This document shows positions 49,419-59,163 of a DNA stretch of 64,000 nt, in pieces. Origin of the DNA: Chloroflexota bacterium (GTDB lineage: Bacteria > Chloroflexota > UBA11872 > VXOZ01); contig OZ219802.1 in NCBI GenBank assembly GCA_964291655.2, positions 2,272,001 through 2,336,000 on the forward strand, given 5' to 3'. Position 1 is the first letter of the stretch. Each line of letters opens with the position of its first letter. The position numbers and the translations under genes were made by a program. Under the pieces are notes generated by a model. That model was not told where the DNA came from. It did no database searches and saw only the letters and a program-made list of their open reading frames with translations.

Positions 49419-50789
49419 CTAAGCGTTCTCCTTCTTCCAGTCCTCGATGGCCTGCTCGAGCGCCGCGAAGGAGTTATCGACCGCCTCTTCCGACGTCAGA
49501 TTGTCTTCCTCGCGGAAGTGGGGCCGCAGGTGCGTATTGAGGGCACCGGTGAAGCTCCGGTACGCTGGGTGAGGCCAGAACGGCGTGGCATAGCCCGCGC
49601 TGCGAGCGAATGACAACTGGTTGGCCGGGTGCGGGTTGTCTTCCGGCGGGCCGAAGGCATGTTGCGAAGGGATGTGCACGGGAATGGCGTGACCCCGCTG
49701 CCCCATCCACTCTTGATGGGAGGATTTGACAAACCAGACCACAAGCGTCTCCGCATCCGGATTCGTGCTGCTGTCTAGGACAAAGTGCTCTTCCTGACCC
49801 ATGAACGCGCCGCGGGTGCGTCCGCCGCCAATTTCGAGGTAGGGCGGCTCGATGGAATCGAATCCGAATTGGGCTTGCTCGCGTGTGGGCGTGATGCCCC
49901 ACGTGCCGAAGATCACCTGGCTGAGCTGCTGGTTGTTGAAGGCGTTGATAGCAAAGCCGCTCAAATCGATGTCTTCGTTGTTCGGGCCTGGGGCCGCGCC
50001 GCGCCTGGTCCACGCATCCTTGATCATGCGCACCATGTGCAGTGCGATTTCGCGGTCGGCGGCCAACTCGCCGTCTTCGTCGAGCATGCCCGCATAGACG
50101 AACGGCAAATACTGGGGGATATAGGAACTGGTGCTAATGCCCCAAGCGGTCGTCTTCTCCTGCCCCTGGTTGAGGTGTGCTGTCAGGTCTTCGGCATCGC
50201 TTAGCACTTGCTCCCACGTGGTGTCGTCAGTCGGTGGATTGAGGCCGGCGGCAGCGAATTGATCTTTGTTGTAGAAGATGCTCGTGGTGTTCAAGCCGTA
50301 CGGCACGCCGAGCAGTTTGCCCTGCCAGGTATTGCCCTTGATCACCGGTTCGACGATATCGTCGATATTTACGCCGTGTGCCGCCAGCATCGGGCGGTGG
50401 TCCCGGACGATGTCGGCCACCTGATGCGGCGCCACGCCCCACCAGCACACGTCCGGCGGTGAACCGGCTGCCAAGAGCGCCGGCAGTTCTCCCGGCGGAT
50501 AGCCCAGCTTCCAGGCAATGTCGACTTCGGGATGTTCCGTATCGAAGAGCTCCAACGTGGCCGCCGTCTTGGCGATCGTGTCCTCACGCTGGCTGATGAG
50601 CAACGCGACGACGGGTGCGTGCTCCATCATCTGCGGCTGCTCTGCCTCTTCCTGCGGGGCATCTGCCGCCTGCTCCATGGGCTCACCCGTCATCTGCACC
50701 TGGCCGCAGGCAGCCAAGACGAGTCCGGCGGAGCCGATAGTCGACGCGCCGAGTAAACTGCGCCGTGAAAGTCTTTGGGCATCTCTCAT
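49419..50789 (-). CDS. ABC transporter sugar-type extracellular solute-binding lipoprotein (Tat signal)
   Basis: LSRRSLL Tat motif, LAAC lipobox, GVPY...FYNKDQF..AGL, TWEQ. Confidence 0.88.
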   Translation of the reverse strand: MRDAQRLSRRSLLGASTIGSAGLVLAACGQVQMTGEPMEQAADAPQEEAEQPQMMEHAPVVALLISQREDTIAKTAATLELFDTEHPEVDIAWKLGYPPGELPALLAAGSPPDVCWWGVAPHQVADIVRDHRPMLAAHGVNIDDIVEPVIKGNTWQGKLLGVPYGLNTTSIFYNKDQFAAAGLNPPTDDTTWEQVLSDAEDLTAHLNQGQEKTTAWGISTSSYIPQYLPFVYAGMLDEDGELAADREIALHMVRMIKDAWTRRGAAPGPNNEDIDLSGFAINAFNNQQLSQVIFGTWGITPTREQAQFGFDSIEPPYLEIGGGRTRGAFMGQEEHFVLDSSTNPDAETLVVWFVKSSHQEWMGQRGHAIPVHIPSQHAFGPPEDNPHPANQLSFARSAGYATPFWPHPAYRSFTGALNTHLRPHFREEDNLTSEEAVDNSFAALEQAIEDWKKENA

Positions 50790-51330
50790 CGTTGCTCTCC
50801 TTTGTACCACTGCTCACTCTGCGGGAACGGCTTTGGGTGTTTCCCTGCCACTACCCGTTGTGGCAGGAAGTGTACCCCTGGATAACATACACTGTCAAGG
50901 CAGTACTGGAGTTCAGGCACGGCCTCGCAACTCTTTCCGCCATGAGCTTCCCGCATTTCCCGCGGCAAGAGCATGAAGCAAAAACCTGCAAGTTTGAGGA
51001 TTAAACAGACCTAATGAACTGAATGTCGAGCCCCGCCGATAAGGGACCTTGCCTGTCATTTCGAGCGAAGCGAGAATTCTAGAGTCCTGAAATTGCTCGT
51101 TTTCTCGTCGCGGGGTTTCTCCCTGAGCCTTTCGGCAGGCTCAAGACGGGCTTGGCGACGGGCTCACTTGAACGACAGGCTAACGAAAAGGGCTGCGCAT
51201 TGCATAGCAAATCCGCCCGGTATCTTGGCCGCGACTGAGTCTAGGGCCGCTCGTAGGCGTGCTATGGGCTGTGTCGGCGCGCCACACACAACGTCGGAGC
51301 AGGGCGACGTGGATTGCGGAAGTCCTCAGG

Positions 51331-52104
51331 CTAGGCCTTGCGCATTGCCAGAATGCGCGCCATGTTGCCGCCCATGATGAGGGCGCGCTGTTCCTCTGTC
51401 AGGGGCGCCGCCCGCAGCTTGCCGATCCCGGCGGTGAACGAGGTATCGCACCCAAAGAGCACACGCTCTGCGCCAACGACCCGCACGGCCGTCTGCACCA
51501 TGTCGCTATCGAAGACGCTGCCACTTGTATCGAGGTAGATGTTTGGTGTAGCGCGGGCTGCCTTGATCGTCCACTCCCAGTCGCCGCCGCCTCCGATGTG
51601 GGCGCAGATCAGCACGGCCTCGGGGTAACGTGCGGCCAATGCGGCGAGGTCCCCGCTATCGGAGATGTTGGGCTGGCTGGGTATCGGGCGGTGCGGATGC
51701 CCGGCGTGATGCAGAATTGGCACGCCGAGTTCTATTGTCAGTTCAACAATGGGAAAGAGGATGGGATCGGTGCACTTGTATTCGTTGTAGAGCTTGACGC
51801 CCATGAAGTCGTGCTCTTCCACGTAGTGCCGGATCTCCCACAACGCCTCTCGCGTAAAGCCGGGGTTCACGTAGCAGTAGCCGCGCACCTTGCCGGGGAA
51901 TTGGCGAGCCGCGGCGGCCATTTGCCGGTTGCACTCCTGGAAGTCCGCCAGCGGGGCGGGCATAGCCGTGGTCAGAATTGAGGCGCAGCTCAAGTCGATG
52001 CCCACGCGGTCGGCGGCAGCAAGCAGCGCGGCGTCACTGGAGCCCCAAATGCGCGTGATGCCGGTGTGGTCCCCGCTCAGATGCGCATGACAGTCAATGA
52101 CCAT
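51331..52104 (-). CDS. amidohydrolase_2 family protein
   Basis: IDCHAH, GVKL, CAHIGGG, YLDTSGS, LFGCD. Confidence 0.9.
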   Translation of the reverse strand: MVIDCHAHLSGDHTGITRIWGSSDAALLAAADRVGIDLSCASILTTAMPAPLADFQECNRQMAAAARQFPGKVRGYCYVNPGFTREALWEIRHYVEEHDFMGVKLYNEYKCTDPILFPIVELTIELGVPILHHAGHPHRPIPSQPNISDSGDLAALAARYPEAVLICAHIGGGGDWEWTIKAARATPNIYLDTSGSVFDSDMVQTAVRVVGAERVLFGCDTSFTAGIGKLRAAPLTEEQRALIMGGNMARILAMRKA

Positions 52105-52394
52105 GATGAATTCCTTGGCGCTGTGGCGGCTGCAGATCCTTCATCCGTTGGGAGCGCGACCTAATCTAGTTTCTTGAACAGGAAGGCTACGTCAAGAACG
52201 ACCGGTCTCTGTTGTCGTAATCGTCGCATGCACCTCCATTGTCACCTCTCCGCGAGTGGGTGTCCAGGCACAGCAAGGACAAGCAGCTTGGTTTGCCGGC
52301 AAACGAGGCGCGGCGCAGCCACAAGGCGCAATAATAGCATGGGTTTCAACACTCTAGTCTACAAATCCGCAAGTCCACAGTATACTCAGGGTGG

Positions 52395-52970
52395 ATGCCA
52401 AACTTCGCTCAGAGGATTCCCTTGGCGGAACGTCCTCCCGGTGCCATTCACAAGGACGCGCTTTTGAATGCTTTGAAGGACTCAACTGAAGATAACTCAA
52501 GAAGCGGCGCGCCAGGCGATTCCGCGAACGCGCACGATGACATGCTGGAAGTGTCGCTGCGGATTGCAGCCTCACCGCAGCGCGTATTTGCACTGCTGAC
52601 CGATCCCAATGCCATCAGCCTTTGGTTTGCGCAGGTATCCGGCATCGAGCCGCATCCGGGTGGCGCGGTGGAGTTCGTGTTTTTCAACGAGAACGGCTCG
52701 GTTAGCGTATTCTCAGGGGAGGTCACGGCGTTTGAAGCTAACGCCCGCTTTGGATTCACGTGGCATAACCGGCAATGGACGTTTCCGCCGCTCCACGTGC
52801 TCTTTACCCTGGAACGCGTCGGCAGTGATACGGCATTGCGCTTGCAACAGACCGGTTTCGCGCAGGCGCCGCCTCTCGAACGCGACATTCATGACGAAGG
52901 CTGGGCGCGCTATTTGGAACGGCTGGCGGCGGTTGCCGACGGTTCGCGACCGGAAGGATGGCAGGCATGA
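52395..52970 (+). CDS. SRPBCC (AHSA1/START-like) domain protein
   Basis: IAASPQRVFALLTDP..WF, GEV, FTW, GWARYLERL. Confidence 0.85.
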   Translation: MPNFAQRIPLAERPPGAIHKDALLNALKDSTEDNSRSGAPGDSANAHDDMLEVSLRIAASPQRVFALLTDPNAISLWFAQVSGIEPHPGGAVEFVFFNENGSVSVFSGEVTAFEANARFGFTWHNRQWTFPPLHVLFTLERVGSDTALRLQQTGFAQAPPLERDIHDEGWARYLERLAAVADGSRPEGWQA

Positions 52971-53413
52971 CGGATAAGTGGGGCAAGCTGGTTGAGGAAC
53001 GACTGCAGGCGGCCTTTGCAGAGGGCAAGTTTGCAGACTTGCCCGGCAAGGGCAAGCCCCTGAACTTGGAGGAAGACCCGCTGGCGGATCCTGCGTTGTG
53101 GATGGCTCGTCACATTTTGCGCAACAGCGGCATGAGCCTACCGTGGGTTGAAGATCGCCGGCGGATTGAAAAGCTCTGCGCTGAGGCCGCTGCAGAGTTG
53201 GCGCGGGCATGGTCTATGCACGGTGCCTGCGAGAAAGCAGAACACCGAGGCTCTGCGGCAAAATCACGCTGGCAGGAAGCAATGGCGGAATATCGCGAGC
53301 GAGTTTCCGCGCTCAACAAGCGCATTCGCACCTACAACCTTTCCGTCCCTCACGTGCGCTTTCAACGCAGCCTCATCGAGGCGGAGCGCGAGATTGCGCG
53401 GGTGCGTCGATAA
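52967..53413 (+). CDS. DUF1992 (DnaJC28-like) domain protein
   Basis: EERLQAAFAEGKFADLPGKGKPL, LPWVE, LNKRIRTYNL; ATG at 52967 overlaps the upstream stop. Confidence 0.85.
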   Translation: MTDKWGKLVEERLQAAFAEGKFADLPGKGKPLNLEEDPLADPALWMARHILRNSGMSLPWVEDRRRIEKLCAEAAAELARAWSMHGACEKAEHRGSAAKSRWQEAMAEYRERVSALNKRIRTYNLSVPHVRFQRSLIEAEREIARVRR

Positions 53414-53519
53414 ACATCGTACAACGTGTAATCATTTATGTACTACTTAACTAAGTTATGATACAATATAAAGTGCATTCATGGTGTAATTGGACAGGAT
53501 TAGTGCTAGGGGGCTCGGT

Positions 53520-53900
53520 TTGGCTAGGCAAGTCAACGGCAGAAATCGCAATGTGGAAGTATACGTGCGAATCAGCCGTCAATTCATGCGCCAAGCGGAT
53601 GAGGAATTCGCCAAGGGCGATAGACTTCAAGCCTCAGAGAAGGCCTGGGGCGCGGCGGCGCATGCGGTAAAGGCCGTAGCTCAAAAACGAGGCTGGCGGC
53701 ACGACGGTCATCGCTATCTCTTTGAAGCAGTTGACAGCATTTACCGTGAAACGGGCGACCCCGAGTTGCGAGGCCTATTCGGCAGGGCCAATTCCTTGCA
53801 CATGAATTTCTACGAGGACTGGCAATCCGATGAATTCGTGCAAGATGGAATCGAGCGGGTGAAGGTTCTGCTAGAGAAACTGGAGCCGCTGGTAGCGTGA
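53520..53900 (+). CDS. PaREP1 family (HEPN-like) protein, copy 1
   Basis: GDRLQASEKAWGAAA, LHMNFYE; TTG start inferred by alignment with the paralogs. Confidence 0.85.
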   Translation: MARQVNGRNRNVEVYVRISRQFMRQADEEFAKGDRLQASEKAWGAAAHAVKAVAQKRGWRHDGHRYLFEAVDSIYRETGDPELRGLFGRANSLHMNFYEDWQSDEFVQDGIERVKVLLEKLEPLVA

Positions 53901-53984
53901 CATGCTGAAGGCGATAGGCGTGCTGTAGTGCAACGCGTAGCTATTCACGACGAAAAGAACAGCAGTCAGAACACGGGGTACATA

Positions 53985-54365
53985 GTGGCGAGAGAAGTCA
54001 ATTACAGAGATCCCAAGGTAGAAGAGCACCTGCGCATCAGCCGCCAATTCCTGCGCCAAGCGGAAGAAGAATTCGCCACAGGCGACCGGCTCCAAGCCTC
54101 AGAGAAGGCCTGGGGCGCGGCTGCGCACGCGGTGAAAGCCGTGGCTCAGCACCGTGGCTGGCAGCACGACGGGCATCGCTTTCTCTTCGAGGCAATCGAC
54201 AAGATCTATTGCGAGACGAGGGACTCGGAATATCTTGCTCTTTTTGGATTGGCCAATTCGTTGCACACGAACTTCTATGAGAATTGGCAAACGGACAATC
54301 AAGTCCAAGACGGGATCAAGCGTGTAGAGGTGCTGTTGGAGAAGCTGGAGCCACTGGTAACGTGA
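53985..54365 (+). CDS. PaREP1 family protein, copy 2
   Basis: QASEKAWGAAA, LHTNFYE; GTG start. Confidence 0.85.
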   Translation: MAREVNYRDPKVEEHLRISRQFLRQAEEEFATGDRLQASEKAWGAAAHAVKAVAQHRGWQHDGHRFLFEAIDKIYCETRDSEYLALFGLANSLHTNFYENWQTDNQVQDGIKRVEVLLEKLEPLVT

Positions 54366-54444
54366 AACCATCCAAGGGCGTGCTGTAGTGCCACGTGTAG
54401 CTAGTCACGACGAATAGAAGAGCAGCAGCCAGAATACGGAGAAC

Positions 54445-54828
54445 ATGGTGGCGAGAGAAGTCAATTACAGAGATTGCAAGGTAGAAGAACACCTGCGCAT
54501 CAGCCGCCAATTCCTGTGCCAAGCTGAGGGAGAGTTTGCGCAAGGCGACAGGCTTCAGGCCTCGGAGAAGGCCTGGGGCGCCGCCGCACATGCGGTGAAA
54601 GCCGTGGCTCAGCACCGTGGCTGGCAGCACGACGGACACCGGTATCTCTTTGATGCGGTCGATAGAATATACCGCGAGACGGAAGACGCTGAGCTTCGTG
54701 ACCTATTCAGAATTGCCAATTCGCTGCATACGAACTTCTACGAGAATTGGCAATCGGAAGACTTAGTCCAGGACGGGATCAAGCGCGTAGAGGTACTGCT
54801 GAAAAGGCTGGAGCCGCTGGTAGCTTGA
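54445..54828 (+). CDS. PaREP1 family protein, copy 3
   Basis: QASEKAWGAAA, LHTNFYE. Confidence 0.85.
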   Translation: MVAREVNYRDCKVEEHLRISRQFLCQAEGEFAQGDRLQASEKAWGAAAHAVKAVAQHRGWQHDGHRYLFDAVDRIYRETEDAELRDLFRIANSLHTNFYENWQSEDLVQDGIKRVEVLLKRLEPLVA

Positions 54829-54913
54829 ACTTGCGCAAACTATTCGTGGGGCAGATTGACTTCCCGCCCTCACGGCTCGCCGGCTGTCGACGAGCCCTCA
54901 TCGAGTATGCGCA

Positions 54914-56284
54914 CTACATTAGCACCCCCGGCAAGGCGTTGGCGACGGCGCGGGTGGCGCGTTCGGTAGCGGCGGCGACGTCGAGTTCATCGGTGTAGAG
55001 CGGCTCGATGAGGTTTCTGGTGAGCAGCGTGCCTACCTCCGTCCAGGGCAACGTCGTCGTACCCAGCCCATTGCGCAGCGCCTCCAAGACCACCGGCACG
55101 CGATCTTCGACCATCGCGAGCTCCGGCCGTTCGCCGGAGGGGTTTTCAACGTGTTTAAGGGCGGGAATCCAAGCCGGCACCATCGAGCGCAACGCCACGT
55201 AGGGCGCGAGCGCCTTGATGGCCTCGTAGGCCAACTCGGTTTGCACCGACTTGCCGTGAATGCCCATGACGTCCATCACGTAGAGCGAGCTGTTAGCGTT
55301 GCCGGCAAAGGACGGCGAGTGCTGCACTTTCCAGCCGCCGCCGATATTTTCGCCGGAATAGACCATGGCGTGATGTAATGCTGCCCGCTTGCGCGGCGCC
55401 AAGCGCGTCATGTCAAAGAAGGACATGTCCGCGCCCGTCGGCATAATGCGGTGCGTGTAGGCTAGATCCCGCCACCACTGGAGCGCCGCACGGGTCTTAT
55501 CGGAATTGAGGCTCAGCCGACCCTCCTCCATGTTCAGCACGCCCCCGCCGGACTGGGCCATGAGGTGCGCCCACAGTGCCGAGTGAAGGCCCTCGCCAAT
55601 GGCCCACCAGTCGTCCTTGTTGCGCGCACGCGCCGCGGTCATGAAATCTTGTCCCAGCGCTACGAGGTCATTCCAGGTCCATTTCTCGGGAGGTGGCGGC
55701 AGGTCGGTATCGTCAAACCGGTCCGGCCTCCAGGCCATCACGCCGGCGCCCAACACCGTTGGCACCGCTTGGATGCGCCCCCCGAATGTCGTGGCGTCCA
55801 CGGCTGGGGGCACAAACTCGTTAAGAAAGCCCGGGTCGCGCTGTATATAATCGTTGAGCGGTGCAAAGAACGGGCTGGCAATGCCGGGCAGTGTGAAGAT
55901 GCCGCCGGTGAGCATGGCAACGTCCGCCGGACGTCCGGCAGCGGCCTCGGCGTCTATGCCGCGGCGAAAATACGTCCACGTCGGCGGGCTGCCACTGGCC
56001 GTGACGCCGCCGTCTTCGCGTACCTTAACTATCTGCAAAGAGATGCGAAATCGCTCACTAGGGCCGGCAGGATCGATTTCGCCGCCGTTCCAGGCCTGGA
56101 TGGCACGGATGAGGTTGGTGGCAGAGATGAGGGTAATATTCGGCGCGACCACGTGTACCGTCGGCACGTTGGCCTCGCCGCCAGGTCGGATGGAATCCGG
56201 CAGACTGTTGCCACATGCCGCCAGCAGCGGTACTGCCGGCAGCGATATTACCGCCTTCAGAAACCTCCGACGTGATACGTTCAT
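54914..56284 (-). CDS. extracellular solute-binding lipoprotein (Tat signal)
   Basis: SRRRFLK Tat motif, LAAC lipobox, WTWNDL. Confidence 0.82.
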   Translation of the reverse strand: MNVSRRRFLKAVISLPAVPLLAACGNSLPDSIRPGGEANVPTVHVVAPNITLISATNLIRAIQAWNGGEIDPAGPSERFRISLQIVKVREDGGVTASGSPPTWTYFRRGIDAEAAAGRPADVAMLTGGIFTLPGIASPFFAPLNDYIQRDPGFLNEFVPPAVDATTFGGRIQAVPTVLGAGVMAWRPDRFDDTDLPPPPEKWTWNDLVALGQDFMTAARARNKDDWWAIGEGLHSALWAHLMAQSGGGVLNMEEGRLSLNSDKTRAALQWWRDLAYTHRIMPTGADMSFFDMTRLAPRKRAALHHAMVYSGENIGGGWKVQHSPSFAGNANSSLYVMDVMGIHGKSVQTELAYEAIKALAPYVALRSMVPAWIPALKHVENPSGERPELAMVEDRVPVVLEALRNGLGTTTLPWTEVGTLLTRNLIEPLYTDELDVAAATERATRAVANALPGVLM

Positions 56285-56624
56285 CGCGTTTCAACCAGCA
56301 CTATGTTGGCACTCCCCACTCATCTCTATTCTAAACCTTACTAAGGCACTAAGAAACACGCCTCTTCCAACCCGTTGCTCCCGGCGAACGGAGCAGGATG
56401 CGTGCGCCATCGTACAGTAGATCACCGGGTCTGTGCCGTTGAAGATGGCGGTGATGTGCGGCAGGTAACCCATAGCTGAAAAAATGCCCGCGCGTTGGAT
56501 CACGAGCGACAGTTTGACCGCCGGATTCCTCAAGGTGGCGTCCAGGTTGTAGCCCGGGGAGCTTGCATCCTTCTCACCCTAAAGAGACCCTTGCCGCCAA
56601 CCGATTAGACCCACTCTCCCTGGG

Positions 56625-56876
56625 GAGACCCTTGCATAGCCCTTACCGAGGCGAGAAATTCACCTCCCGGCGCAAGAGGGTAAGGGCCTGCCCCGTACTC
56701 GATACGGGGGTGAGGGGACTCCCCGCAATCCGGGCTAATTTCACTGATCGTACACACAAACATATAGGTATTTGAGCCTTAAAGGACAGGATAGGCAGGA
56801 ATCCCCTCACCCCAGCCCACTCCCCAAGGCGAGGGGGTAGTTCTAGCGCCGCTGGCCGAGGTTCGGCAAAGTTCTC
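56625..56876. mobile_element. second GAGACC-TIR MITE-like element
   Basis: GAGACCCTTGCATAGCCC ... AGGTTCGGCAAAGTTCTC inside a CTCTCCC..GGGAGAG repeat, enclosing a CCCTCACCC doublet. Confidence 0.6.
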
Positions 56877-56958
56877 CTGGGAGAGAGGGGAATTTGTGCC
56901 GAGAACCAGATTAAGCAATTGTTCACTTGGTGAAACACTGCGTGCTTTAACGGAACGG

Positions 56959-57783
56959 CTACATTTGCACGACCAAGCCATCGTACGCGGGCTCGATGCC
57001 GTGCGGCGCAAAGAACTCCACACACTCCAGATAGGGTGGCGTGCGGTTGTGGGAGAAGTGCGTGGCGAAACGGCGTGCCCCGGGACGCAGCAAGCCCTCA
57101 TCTTCCAGCCTTTGATGGTGTTCGGCGCACTGCTGCATAGAGAGATGGTGCGTGCCCGGCGGTCCGATGCCCATAGTCGATTCGATGACTGCGCAGTCGA
57201 AACGGAATGCTTGGAGTTGCCGCCAAGTTTCATCGGGGAAAGGGCCGGTGTCAGATGCGTAGAGTAGCGTGCGGTCACCCTCTTCGATGGCAAAGAACAC
57301 CGGTATGAGTTCCTCTGCGTGTGCCGCCGGAAAAGCCGTGACCCGGTAGCGCCCGGTCTGCCAGGAATCACCGGGTTGGATGGTGTTGAGCCGCAGGTGA
57401 AACTCCTCTTCGGAGAGATTGCGCGCTGAGGCCTCAGCTTTCGTCGCTTCCGTCGTGGGAAGAGTGCCAAAGACTTCCATCTGCGCGGGTGTCGTAGCAC
57501 AGAAGTTGCTCCGACGCATGTAGAGATTGGGCAGGTGAAAGTGGTCGCCGTGGGCATGGGTGATGAGCAAGGTGGCAACGCGGCCGAAGTTCGCGCCGGT
57601 AGCGTGCATACCGGCCAAGAAATCGGGGCCGATATCTATCAGGAGGTCGTCATTCACCATAAGCGCCGAGCGCCGCCGCAGGTTACGTCCGCCGCGCGCC
57701 CGCGCGGCAGTACAATGCGCGCATTCGCAAAAAAGCGCCGGATAGCCTTCAGCAGCTCCTGTACCGAGGAAGAGTATGCGCAT
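56959..57783 (-). CDS. MBL-fold metallohydrolase (PhnP-like phosphodiesterase)
   Basis: FLGTGAAEGYP..CECAHC, THAHGDH, YASDTG, THFSH. Confidence 0.88.
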   Translation of the reverse strand: MRILFLGTGAAEGYPALFCECAHCTAARARGGRNLRRRSALMVNDDLLIDIGPDFLAGMHATGANFGRVATLLITHAHGDHFHLPNLYMRRSNFCATTPAQMEVFGTLPTTEATKAEASARNLSEEEFHLRLNTIQPGDSWQTGRYRVTAFPAAHAEELIPVFFAIEEGDRTLLYASDTGPFPDETWRQLQAFRFDCAVIESTMGIGPPGTHHLSMQQCAEHHQRLEDEGLLRPGARRFATHFSHNRTPPYLECVEFFAPHGIEPAYDGLVVQM

Positions 57784-57792
57784 TTGGTTGCC

Positions 57793-58596
57793 TCACCGGT
57801 TCATTTCACGGAGAATGTGCGCCAGTTCGGGAATGAGTATCTCGTTCAGCGCCAGACGCACGGCGCCGGACGAGCCGGGACAGCAGACGACGAATTTGTT
57901 GCCGATACGGCCGGCAGTGGCACGGCTGAGAATGGTCGCGGCGCCGATTTCCTCGTAACTCAAGATGCGGAAGAGCTCGCCGAAGCCGGTGAGTTCCTTC
58001 TCCAGCAGCGACTGCACGGTCTCGACCGTGATATCCCGCGTGCCCGGACCTGTGCCGCCGGTGAGCATCACGAAGCGCGCCCGGCTTGCCAGCATGTGGG
58101 TGAGCGCCTGCGTAATCTGCTGGGCATTATTCTTGACCAACCGGTAACCGACAATCTCGTGGCCGGCCTCCTGCAGCATGGATTGGATGATCGCGCCGGA
58201 CTTGTCGTCGAGCTCCGTGCGCGTGTCGCTGACCGTGATTACCGCGCACTCTATGGTGGGAAACTGCTGCGCGCCGGCCTGGCGATGCTCATCGGGGGAC
58301 GACGTTGCAGCGGCCGCGCCGTGTTCGTGGGCGTCATGGGCGTGCTCTTCTGCTTTAGCCCCATGCTGGCGCTCGTCGTGGGCGTGGGCCTCGCCTTCTC
58401 CGGCATGGCCGTGGTCGTCGGCATGGCCACCCTCACCCGTTTGGGCGTGTGCCTCATCTTGCAGGCGTGCCGCTGCTTCCGCCTCATTGTCATCGGCCTC
58501 GCACGGCGGCGGTCGATGCGGCTGCCGGGAGATTATCGAGCGCCCCTGATGATGCTCGTGGTCATGGTCGTGTTCGTGAGTCTGCTCATTGTTCAT
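57793..58596 (-). CDS. MoaB/MogA molybdopterin adenylyltransferase with a His-rich N-terminal extension
   Basis: ITVSDTR..DDKSG, TGGTGPGTRDIT, GFGELFR, LSRATAG, PGS. Confidence 0.88.
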   Translation of the reverse strand: MNNEQTHEHDHDHEHHQGRSIISRQPHRPPPCEADDNEAEAAARLQDEAHAQTGEGGHADDHGHAGEGEAHAHDERQHGAKAEEHAHDAHEHGAAAATSSPDEHRQAGAQQFPTIECAVITVSDTRTELDDKSGAIIQSMLQEAGHEIVGYRLVKNNAQQITQALTHMLASRARFVMLTGGTGPGTRDITVETVQSLLEKELTGFGELFRILSYEEIGAATILSRATAGRIGNKFVVCCPGSSGAVRLALNEILIPELAHILREMNR

Positions 58597-59163
58597 GTTG
58601 CTAGACCTCCAATTTCCCCGGTGGTGCCGTGATCACTCTTCGTCGGTGCGCGGGAGTTTGCGCCAATTCATTGAACGTGCAGCCTGCCCAACATTAGTGA
58701 GGGGGCGACTGTCTCAAAGATTGGCCTTCAACCTGTGAATTTGCTTTTCGCCAGCACATACTATTGTACCGCGAATACCGTGCCTTGCAGGAGTGCTTGG
58801 AAGCGTTCCCCGCATGAAGTTCAGAAGCTCGTATGGCAATGCTTGACCGTTCGTGCTGAGCTTGTCGAAGTACGAACGGTCAAGCTCCTCACTGGTTCTG
58901 ATGGTTGTTCTAATGTCTTCAATCGGCGCAGTAATAGTCGTCAAACGTAGTATAGCCAGGTGCCGCAAGAAGCATTCCGCATAGAACCCAGATTCAACCA
59001 AGTCTTCCGCTCAGCCTTCGACAAGCTCAGGCCGAACGGAATTCGACAAGCTCAGGCCGAACGGAAAGAGTGCCAATCTTACGGACGGACGAGTGTGCGC
59101 ACCGTGCGGGCAAGGAAAACCCACATTGATCCGCCTGCCCGTGCAGCCTCTGCCTGGAAAAGT

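Noticed and set aside
53901-54444. PaREP1 spacers as integron attC sites
   Set aside because: No RYYYAAC...GTTRRRY boundaries and no integrase gene.
58714-59001. 95-aa ORF between the MoaB and MBL genes
   Set aside because: It runs through palindromic repeats and shows no recognisable domain.
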